Both the position numbers and the translations under genes were made by a program. Shown here one piece after another: positions 1 through 7,455 of a DNA stretch of 32,883 nucleotides. The stretch's first letter is position 1. The number at the start of each line of letters is the position of its first letter. The notes beneath the pieces were generated by a model. It was not told the origin of the DNA. It made no database searches and worked only from the letters and a program-made list of their open reading frames with translations. Source of the DNA: Oligoflexia bacterium (GTDB lineage Bacteria > Bdellovibrionota > UBA1018); the NCBI GenBank assembly GCA_031386075.1, contig JANNCA010000264.1, positions 1-32,883 on the forward strand. Direction: 5' to 3'.

Positions 1-312
1 CACTGGACGGGTCAAACTTCGTTTCGGCAGGATTCCAATCATCAATGGACAAAATGGACTTCTCAATGTTTCTGCAGTTCTCTCACAATCTTCTACTTGA
101 CTCAGCATTTTATCTAGTGAAGCCTGCTTGAATTTAAACTGAATATAATCAGAAAACTGATGTTCAATTCCATCGCGGTCTTCTAATGAGTCTTGATAAA
201 ACCCGACTCCAGTAGCCTTAGAAAGCTTCACTGAATCCATAGAATCACGGGTCAGGCCACCATAAGCAAGTCCATAGATATAGATTCCAAACAAAAAACT
301 AACCACGGCCAT
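1..312 (-). CDS. hypothetical membrane protein, N-terminal fragment (continues beyond window start)
   Basis: Not in the supplied ORF track because there is no stop in the window. The reverse strand is open for all 104 codons from ATG (312-310) to base 1. Translation begins MAVVSFLFGIYIYGLAYGG, a hydrophobic N-terminus. The ATG overlaps the TGA of the upstream phosphatase gene (TGATG, 314-310), suggesting translational coupling. Confidence 0.45.
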   Translation of the reverse strand, partial: MAVVSFLFGIYIYGLAYGGLTRDSMDSVKLSKATGVGFYQDSLEDRDGIEHQFSDYIQFKFKQASLDKMLSQVEDCERTAETLRSPFCPLMIGILPKRSLTRPV

Positions 313-2249
313 CACGATTGAACCGAAGGAGTACTAGGCAACTCCTCATCAGGTTCAACAAAGTGAGCCTTCTTAGGAATAGTAGCCACTACCAAGGTCA
401 AATCTTCAGGAGGATTTTGGGCCACTTCTCCAAAAAATTCGGTTAATTGATCCATCATTCCCGCTGATACTTCGGCAGCTTGACCTCCCGTTCGATCATA
501 CAACTCGCCCAATCCACTAAATGCCCTATCAGAAGTCATGGACTCACCCTGAGGGTTCAACACCTTAAGAAGTCCACTTGTGTACCAAAAAATCATGTCC
601 CCCGGCTGCAACTGAATCATCTCCCCTTCAGCACGTAATCCGTTCGTCAATCCTAAAGGTGAATGTTTTTTCAACGGTATGGGTTCAAATCGTCGAATGT
701 AATTTTCAGAACTTTCACTCGACTTGTCGTCAGGCACTGACCGAAATAAATAGGGAGTCGGATGAGAGAAGTTAATCATTTCCATCTGCCCCGTTAAAGT
801 ATCCATCAAAGCAACAAAGCAAGTCATTCTTTGAGAACCACCGCTCGATTCAAGGACAGCGGTATTCAAGTGGGCTGCCAAATACTTAATTTTGGGAGCT
901 TCCATGGGAATCATTTTAATCACCCCACGGTAGGTCGATAACGCGCCTAGTACTGAGGCAATCGTAATAGCGGCAGACAATCCCCTAGCCTCAACTTGAC
1001 CGACGACCAAAATCACATAGTCATCTACTTCTTCATAATGCCACCAATCGCCTCCACACCGTTTGGCGAAGAGGGCTTGCCCGCTAAACCCCATTTTCGG
1101 ATGATTGAGAGGTTGGGACTGCATGAGCTTCATATGAACGATAGAGGTCGTTTCCAATTCAAACCGAGTTTCTACCCGATGGGCAGCTTCAGCCATGAGC
1201 TCATCGATTTTTCCTGCCATCAGATTAAATGAGGTCGCCAACGCTCCAACCTCATCATTACCCATTCCCATCGTCTCGACCCGATAGGAAAAAACACCCT
1301 CTCTCACTTTCTCCGAAATTGCGATCATGGCCCGCAGTCCTTCAGTCGCACGCTTCGTAAATAGCAACGCTAGACCGAAAGTCACCAGAAGAAACCCTAG
1401 ACTGAGAATCAAGAGTCTAAAATACAAACCTTTTATCAAGGAAAAAGCAGATTTTTCTGAAACTAAAAAAAGCACAGAAAGGTCTTTAAATTTTAGGCGC
1501 TGATAAGCTGCCAAATAGCGAATACCTCCTGAGCTCCTCAAAGAACTCCACTGCCGAGTGCCTGAAGTTTCCTTCTCATCCAAAACCGGCTTAAGTACGT
1601 CAACCACTTCTGCCCGCCGAATCGAAAAAGTACCTGTTCCACTGGTAAAAAGTGACTCTCCCAAAGCGTCCACTAGATAAAATTGAAAATCGGGAGAATT
1701 CTCAGGAACACTCATTTCCGGGGCAAGAAAGAAGACGGAAACAGTCCCTCCCCCCTCTGCAGAACGGACTAATGTGCCCACTGCCATACTCCCTAAAGGA
1801 CCTTTCGAAATGAGAACAGGATCACTCGCAAATCTCGAGGTGTTCCAACCCAACTGATCCAAACTATGGGCCAGAGTACCGTCGACGTCTCCCAAGCTTT
1901 GGGTCACCCGGAGTGCACCCTCCGGTGTCAAATGAAGCACTAAAAGCTTTTTGAGCCCCGAGGATCGGTTCCCTTCGGCGTAGATTCTTTCTATATTTTT
2001 AACATCTGAATTTCTGGAATACACATCGATCAGTTGTGCCATCCAAACCACCCTTTGAATTTGGTGATCGACCGACTGAGCTGCTAGCTTGACCTGAGTC
2101 AAGTTATAATCCATAAAATAAGAACCTTTGTCGTCCAAAAACGAAGACACTCCCACCACTAGAACCGACCCGGCACAAGAGATGAGTGAAAGCAACATTA
2201 AACCAATTAGCTTGATTCTGATAGGAACAGTATTCCTGAGACCAGACAA
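312..2249 (-). CDS. membrane sensor HAMP-domain PP2C/SpoIIE-family serine phosphatase (RsbU-like)
   Basis: 645-aa ORF with a TTG start at 2249 and GAGGG 7 nt upstream. It has an N-terminal TM, a ~240-aa extracytoplasmic region, a second TM and a HAMP-like segment (GNDEVGALATSFNLMAGKIDEL). SpoIIE/PP2C motifs follow: GGDWWHYEE, VGQVEARGLSAAITIAS, GDMIFWYTSGL, PEDLTLVV. Confidence 0.85.
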   Translation of the reverse strand: MSGLRNTVPIRIKLIGLMLLSLISCAGSVLVVGVSSFLDDKGSYFMDYNLTQVKLAAQSVDHQIQRVVWMAQLIDVYSRNSDVKNIERIYAEGNRSSGLKKLLVLHLTPEGALRVTQSLGDVDGTLAHSLDQLGWNTSRFASDPVLISKGPLGSMAVGTLVRSAEGGGTVSVFFLAPEMSVPENSPDFQFYLVDALGESLFTSGTGTFSIRRAEVVDVLKPVLDEKETSGTRQWSSLRSSGGIRYLAAYQRLKFKDLSVLFLVSEKSAFSLIKGLYFRLLILSLGFLLVTFGLALLFTKRATEGLRAMIAISEKVREGVFSYRVETMGMGNDEVGALATSFNLMAGKIDELMAEAAHRVETRFELETTSIVHMKLMQSQPLNHPKMGFSGQALFAKRCGGDWWHYEEVDDYVILVVGQVEARGLSAAITIASVLGALSTYRGVIKMIPMEAPKIKYLAAHLNTAVLESSGGSQRMTCFVALMDTLTGQMEMINFSHPTPYLFRSVPDDKSSESSENYIRRFEPIPLKKHSPLGLTNGLRAEGEMIQLQPGDMIFWYTSGLLKVLNPQGESMTSDRAFSGLGELYDRTGGQAAEVSAGMMDQLTEFFGEVAQNPPEDLTLVVATIPKKAHFVEPDEELPSTPSVQS

Positions 2250-2338
2250 AATTTTACCCTCTCTTCTCCGCAGAACTTATCGAGCTATCAATCAATTTTC
2301 TTAAATTACCGATAAAAATGTGAAGGACAAAATAAGGA

Positions 2339-3520
2339 ATGAGTAAAATTGGGTCCAAAATCCAATCCGCAAACCCACCCCTCTGGATGGACTGGGTCAT
2401 TGCAACGATCTGCCTACTAGCGGGAGAAATGAGCATACAACTCTCCACACATTCAAATTTATGGAGTTATTGGGTTGAACAAAATCCCGATCAGATCCAG
2501 TTAGCAATCATTACCGATATTCAAGGTTCCGTTCGATACCGAAAAAAAAAGATGAGTGCCTGGCAGGATGTCACCACAGACACCTACAAAAGTATTCTCC
2601 TTTCTGCTGGCGATGAACTGACTGCAGGTGAAAGAGGGTCTGCAAGTGTCAAAATTTTAGATTCAAGTCATACAATCCGACTCAATCATCAAAGTCGCAT
2701 GACACTGCAAACCGATCCTCAATGGCTTTCCGCAAGCAACCCGTCGAAAAGGATTCATTTACTTAACCTCAAAGACCTTTTGACAGGTCAATTCCCTGAC
2801 CCAAGCCCTTTTGTTAAAATGAGCATCAATCGAATGACCTCTCAGGACACCGCCCAGGTCGTTCCTTCCTTCATTTCATCAAAAACTCAACCCAATATTC
2901 CACGAATTCTACGTCCACTTTCTGGGACCCACTTCATATCAAGTGCCAACGAACAGGAAGCAATTGAACTCCAATGGGATAAACTCCCCTTCGGACTGAA
3001 GCCTGAAGTCGAATTTCATCGCTTGGATGACCCCCATTTCAATTCTGACCTGGAGACCACCTCATCAGGAGGAGTCATTCACCTACCCGATGGAAATTAC
3101 TCCTGGAAAGTTCGTTCCATTCAATCCGAAGAACTCGCTCCAGGTCAGGCTGAAAGTCACCCTTCAGATTGGACTAGTCTTCAGGTCTTTAGTATTCAAG
3201 AAAATGTAAGAGAAACTCAACCAGTAGCCATCTTAGAGTCAACCCAAAAATCTGAACTCAATGAAAAAAAGGACTTGGCTAAAAAAGCTGAGGCAGAACG
3301 ACCCCTAGCCTCCAGAACACTCAGAGAAAAAAATATTACTAAATTAATTAAAAAATCCATCCTTAAAAAGAGAAAAACAAAAATGATACTGAACAATCAA
3401 GTGATCAACAGAGAAAAAGACAAAGAAGATATACATAGAAAAAAAATAAAATATAAACAAATTGTTGAATCTGCAGCAGAAAGAATAAACGAATTTAATA
3501 AAAAAAATTTAAAAAATTAA
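2339..3520 (+). CDS. FecR-domain-like protein with Lys-rich low-complexity C-terminal tail
   Basis: 393-aa ORF with a weakly hydrophobic N-terminus (WMDWVIATICLLAG). It has a FecR-like segment (ITDIQGSVRYRKKKMSAWQDV...LSAGDELTAGERGSASVKILDSSHTIRLNHQSRMTL). The last ~85 aa are Lys/Glu/Asn-rich, yet the frame stays open through an A-rich stretch. The start is uncertain (ATG 2339, 2387 or 2429). Confidence 0.6.
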   Translation: MSKIGSKIQSANPPLWMDWVIATICLLAGEMSIQLSTHSNLWSYWVEQNPDQIQLAIITDIQGSVRYRKKKMSAWQDVTTDTYKSILLSAGDELTAGERGSASVKILDSSHTIRLNHQSRMTLQTDPQWLSASNPSKRIHLLNLKDLLTGQFPDPSPFVKMSINRMTSQDTAQVVPSFISSKTQPNIPRILRPLSGTHFISSANEQEAIELQWDKLPFGLKPEVEFHRLDDPHFNSDLETTSSGGVIHLPDGNYSWKVRSIQSEELAPGQAESHPSDWTSLQVFSIQENVRETQPVAILESTQKSELNEKKDLAKKAEAERPLASRTLREKNITKLIKKSILKKRKTKMILNNQVINREKDKEDIHRKKIKYKQIVESAAERINEFNKKNLKN

Positions 3521-4965
3521 GTTCTTTGAATCAGCTTAATTCCAGCTGACGCTTGCCATTCGTAAAGCTCAGCGACTCGAAGCCCCACCGATCCCGGCTG
3601 ACCGGCAGGTTGAATCCAAGCAAAACACTTTCGACCAAAAGGCTGTTGACACTCTACATCACGATAGGCAGGGGACCACGTTCCCGTATTCAGCACCTCG
3701 AGTTCACCCACAGAAGCATGAGCCTCGATATGTGTATGCCCTTGGACGATGCGCTTAACATGGGCGATTTTCCCGACCAGGGGAGCCATTTGAAATGCTG
3801 CACGCTGAGCCGAATCCACTTCTGAATGGACAGACCGAGCATAAAAGAAAAAGAGCGGAAAAAGAAGCAGCAATGGAAAGAGAAACCACGCCAAAGAAAC
3901 GTTTACAAAAACCTTTAAAACAGAAAAAAACTGAAAACTACCTGTAAAAATAAAAACCAAAAGAATAGCACGATCCAACCAGAGTTCTCTTAAAATTTTT
4001 ATGGGATTAAAGATAGCGGGATGGACATGAACTTCTTTAAGCGCAAGCACAACCGATAAGGGGGCATTGGATCGTTTTGCAATATCTGCCATGCGCGCAT
4101 CTACTGTCAATGGATCTCTCACAGAAGGTAGCAGTCCCTCAGTAACAGACTCAAAGAGAGTAACCATAGCACTCCACAGCCAGGTCCAAAGCAAAAAAGG
4201 TTGAATTCGAATCATGTATTTATAGTAGAAAATAAAGTATTCCCATGCAGAACTTTTAATGAAACTAGTAGTTGCATGTGGGTTCATTAAACCCATTCCA
4301 TTAGTCATGTATTTTCCAGCTAAATTTCCGAAAGGAATTCTGATAATTTTTCTTGATCCTTTTTTAATGAGGGGAAAAATTGGATTCGCACAAAGACAAT
4401 AGGAATCATACTGATTCCCGTGTTCAATTAATGTATCTTGGTTGCTGATATAGAACCAATCACAAAAACGAATCTGATCTCTGACCTTCGCAGGCAGGTC
4501 TAAAGAATCTACAATATCTTGACGTACTGACCCCCAATGGAGTTCTAAATCATGATTTCCAATGATGAAAACAACTCGATTCCCCGCCAACAAAAAGCGC
4601 CTCAGAGAATCAATCCAGACAGGATGAGTTTCTAAAATAACCCTCACCTTAAACCTGGACTTTTGCTCTTCAGAAGCCAAACCGCGGAGCCTTTCAAGCC
4701 AACTCACATGAAACGGGGCTCGCTCAGGAATTCTCATCACTGAGTCAAAGTCAAATATATCCCCATTGAGGATCAATTCAATGGTGTCAACAATTTTCGC
4801 ACTCATGCCATCCAAGAACTCCCTAAAAACACTATCAATCAAGTGTTCTGGAAGTTTATACCTCTTCCATAGTGGCCTGGCTGGATCAAATTTTTCCGTT
4901 TCTGATAGGTGAATATCACTGACGACTAAGGTGTGGCTCGCTTTCTTAAAATCATTCTCATCCAT
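3517..4965 (-). CDS. membrane-associated calcineurin-like metallophosphoesterase
   Basis: 482-aa ORF with the metallophosphoesterase motifs in order: SDIHL, NGDIFDFD, GNHDLE, EHGNQYD, QGHTH. Three strongly hydrophobic segments sit between the fourth and fifth motifs. AAGGA lies 10 nt upstream of the ATG. Confidence 0.8.
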   Translation of the reverse strand: MDENDFKKASHTLVVSDIHLSETEKFDPARPLWKRYKLPEHLIDSVFREFLDGMSAKIVDTIELILNGDIFDFDSVMRIPERAPFHVSWLERLRGLASEEQKSRFKVRVILETHPVWIDSLRRFLLAGNRVVFIIGNHDLELHWGSVRQDIVDSLDLPAKVRDQIRFCDWFYISNQDTLIEHGNQYDSYCLCANPIFPLIKKGSRKIIRIPFGNLAGKYMTNGMGLMNPHATTSFIKSSAWEYFIFYYKYMIRIQPFLLWTWLWSAMVTLFESVTEGLLPSVRDPLTVDARMADIAKRSNAPLSVVLALKEVHVHPAIFNPIKILRELWLDRAILLVFIFTGSFQFFSVLKVFVNVSLAWFLFPLLLLFPLFFFYARSVHSEVDSAQRAAFQMAPLVGKIAHVKRIVQGHTHIEAHASVGELEVLNTGTWSPAYRDVECQQPFGRKCFAWIQPAGQPGSVGLRVAELYEWQASAGIKLIQRT

Positions 4966-5159
4966 CTATGCACTATCCTTGCGATTTATACCTACTGGCT
5001 TCTCAATAAGAAATTCGATACCGCTCACTGAAACTGAAATCGGTACCACATCCCGATTCAAGAGTCTTTCACTAAGAGGAGCCCTTAGAGGAACTATCCG
5101 CTTACCTTTTGGTTTGACTCCGATTTTATCCAGCTGAAAGGAACAATGCAGGAGCAGTT

Positions 5160-6863
5160 TTAGGTTTGAATTTTGGGTACAACGGCAAATGCCTTTTTGA
5201 AATTGCCAAATTGGTAGTTCTTGTCGCGGGATTCTAGAAATTTCGACAAATTAATTCCAGTAATACTATCTGACTTCTCTGCATTAAAAAGGTAAGAAAC
5301 CAATTCATGAGCCACAATAAAAACCGCAGACAATGGCCCAATTCTTGAGTGAGTTAGGCCGCGAGGAAATCCACTTCCGTCAGGCCGCTCATGATGTTGA
5401 GCAATAATGGCATCTACATCCGGAGGAACTTCAGAAAAGCAACGCGCGATTTCTGATCCTAAATTAGGATGATCTTTGTATGATTTGATTTCTTCCGGAG
5501 TAAACCTTTCGGCCTTCTCGGCGAGCTCACCCAGTGATTGAATCTCACCTAATTCATGATTTTGTAACGCAACATCATGAAGAAAGGCGGCTAGAGTGAG
5601 CTTTTGAAAAGTCGTATCTGAACTCCAGTCCATTTGGCTTGCGATGGCACAACTGATGTAAGCCAGGAGCATACTATGAGACGAAAGATACTTATCCTTG
5701 TCTCTTCTCAATTGAGACAATAAAGCAGATAACTTCGGAGTGTTTCGTACTGTCTGAATGGTTTTCATCACGCTTTTCTTGGTAATTTCTTGAACTTCTA
5801 AAGTAAACCCCAGTTCATTTCCCATTTTTTGAACCGCCTCAAAGTCCGCTCCCAAATCTTTTTCAATCTGCTTAGCCAACAAAATTCGCTTCACGTCAGC
5901 TTCCCTTGCCTGAGCCAAAGATTTGGCCTTACTCGCAGCCTGGGAAGCGGCGAGAATATCCGCTTTTTTTTTCCGATCTAAAAAATCTTGGGCTTTAGCT
6001 TGAATCAGAGTAGCCCGTTTGGCGTCCAACCTCTGAGTCTGAGCCACTGCAGCCTGAACCTGGGATACTTTGTTCTCGATAGAACCACCCACCCCATAAT
6101 TTGAAGACTTCTGAGTTTCCGAAGTTTTAAGCTTATCTTCTTCCAATAGCTTTGCCTTGTCCTTCAAGTATTGGAGACGCTTCTTCTTCACTTCCAAAGC
6201 AGAATTGCCATCTCCCACTTCACTTGTGCCTGAATTCAGCATTTCTCCCTGTTTTTTTAATAACGTATTTTGAATTTGAAGTGCAAAATCGATACAAAGC
6301 TCACGATAGAGATAAAGATATTCAATTTTCTTTTTGTTATGAATGTAGTCATAGTCCGCGATGTCAAACGGATAACCTTCCCGCATAATCCTTACATACT
6401 TTTGATCAGAGAGCCGTACATAAAGGTTGCCCTTCATCAGGTTGGCTGACAAAAGAAGGTGAGACTGAATTCTACAATACTCCTGGGAACTCGGGATCAA
6501 GTTGACTTGAAGCTCTTTGAAAACCGTCTTCAACTGTTCCTCTATTCCTTGAACCATTTGAGAATTTGAAAAAAAGTGAATCCAGTCTTTAATTTTAAGC
6601 ATCATTGGATCCAGAGTTGAATTTTCGGAAGCGCAAAAAAAATGTAAGTCGATTGATTTGGCCACGGCGAAAGAAATGAGTTTCCTCGCGGATTTGGCAA
6701 AGTCACAGACTAAGCCATCAAAAACATTTTTGTCACTCGCCAAAAGCGCCAATGCGTTCTCGAGCTTCGGAGCTTCGACAACATTGACCTTAAATCTTCC
6801 CTCAAGAAAGAATGTCATCAGTTCTCGAATTCCAGGATCTTCAAATACAACTAGAACATTCAT
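5160..6863 (-). CDS. receiver-like domain / HD-GYP domain protein (putative cyclic-di-GMP phosphodiesterase)
   Basis: 567-aa ORF. The N-terminal ~120 aa are CheY-fold-like (VLVVFEDPG ... GLVCDF). The central region is Lys/Ala/Gln-rich and coiled-coil-like. The C-terminus carries HD-GYP motifs (FLHDVAL, HHERPDGSGFPRGL). Confidence 0.85.
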   Translation of the reverse strand: MNVLVVFEDPGIRELMTFFLEGRFKVNVVEAPKLENALALLASDKNVFDGLVCDFAKSARKLISFAVAKSIDLHFFCASENSTLDPMMLKIKDWIHFFSNSQMVQGIEEQLKTVFKELQVNLIPSSQEYCRIQSHLLLSANLMKGNLYVRLSDQKYVRIMREGYPFDIADYDYIHNKKKIEYLYLYRELCIDFALQIQNTLLKKQGEMLNSGTSEVGDGNSALEVKKKRLQYLKDKAKLLEEDKLKTSETQKSSNYGVGGSIENKVSQVQAAVAQTQRLDAKRATLIQAKAQDFLDRKKKADILAASQAASKAKSLAQAREADVKRILLAKQIEKDLGADFEAVQKMGNELGFTLEVQEITKKSVMKTIQTVRNTPKLSALLSQLRRDKDKYLSSHSMLLAYISCAIASQMDWSSDTTFQKLTLAAFLHDVALQNHELGEIQSLGELAEKAERFTPEEIKSYKDHPNLGSEIARCFSEVPPDVDAIIAQHHERPDGSGFPRGLTHSRIGPLSAVFIVAHELVSYLFNAEKSDSITGINLSKFLESRDKNYQFGNFKKAFAVVPKIQT

Positions 6864-6878
6864 CTATTTCATTGTGAC

Positions 6879-6907
6879 ACTCATTTGACGTTTATTACCA
6901 AATGAGT
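6879..6907. repeat. perfect 9-bp inverted repeat (actcatttg / caaatgagt) with an 11-nt spacer in a divergent intergenic region
   Basis: Read directly: 6879-6887 is the exact reverse complement of 6899-6907. It lies 16 nt upstream of the HD-GYP gene ATG (6863), so it is either a candidate operator or a 5'-UTR hairpin. Confidence 0.4.
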
Positions 6908-7021
6908 CGCCTTTCTCTTTCCATACATAATAAAGGGCCTTTTAAAACTTTGCACGGAGTTCCTTCATTCTATTACACAACCACTTATATTGTTGCAACC
7001 TACCTCAGAACATTCTAAATA

Positions 7022-7405
7022 TTGGGAGTGAAGCTAAAATTATGGCTAGTTCTCTTCACTTTCATGCTGGCTCTATTGACCACCTTCGTCATTCACTATT
7101 ACAGCTTTTTATTCTCCCTCCACATCAAGGGCGAAGTGATTGGCATTGACCGAGTGACCCAACCCACTTCAATTATTGGTTCCAGCCAAATACCAGATTC
7201 TCAACTTTTTTCATTCGCTGTGGCTATCAAAGTACCGTCTGGAGAGATTTTCACAGCCAGTAGCGAAGATAGGCAGTGGGCAGTAGTTGAAAAAGGTCAA
7301 TGCGCTGAGGTCAAGTTTTTCCCCTATCCTCCTTGGCAACTTGACAAGTCTGGAACCTATTTTGGCGCTCGACTTTTAAAACTCTTTGCTTGTCCTAAAA
7401 ACTAA
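7022..7405 (+). CDS. hypothetical small membrane protein
   Basis: 127-aa ORF with a TTG start, no clear SD and an alternative ATG at 7064. It has one N-terminal TM helix (LWLVLFTFMLALLTTFVIHYY) followed by a soluble ~95-aa domain. It lies 50 nt upstream of, and co-directional with, the porin gene. Confidence 0.45.
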   Translation: MGVKLKLWLVLFTFMLALLTTFVIHYYSFLFSLHIKGEVIGIDRVTQPTSIIGSSQIPDSQLFSFAVAIKVPSGEIFTASSEDRQWAVVEKGQCAEVKFFPYPPWQLDKSGTYFGARLLKLFACPKN

Positions 7406-7455
7406 AACCATTTAAATTAAATAAAACAAGAATTAAAGATTTTTCAACCGAGGCC

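Noticed and set aside
2254-2448. A 64-aa minus-strand ORF ending 5 nt upstream of the PP2C phosphatase start.
   Set aside because: It overlaps the 5' end of the FecR-like gene on the opposite strand. Its 3' end coincides with the phosphatase SD region, and it has no motif. It would only be plausible if the FecR-like gene started after 2448, so it stays unresolved but unlikely.
2542-2550. A9 homopolymer here, a T9 tract at 5964-5972, and several A8/T8 runs, considered as possible slipped-strand phase-variation switches.
   Set aside because: They encode KKK runs inside Lys-rich segments of otherwise A-rich genes. Their length is borderline for slippage, and I saw no out-of-frame rescue ORFs. 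This looks more like codon composition than contingency loci.
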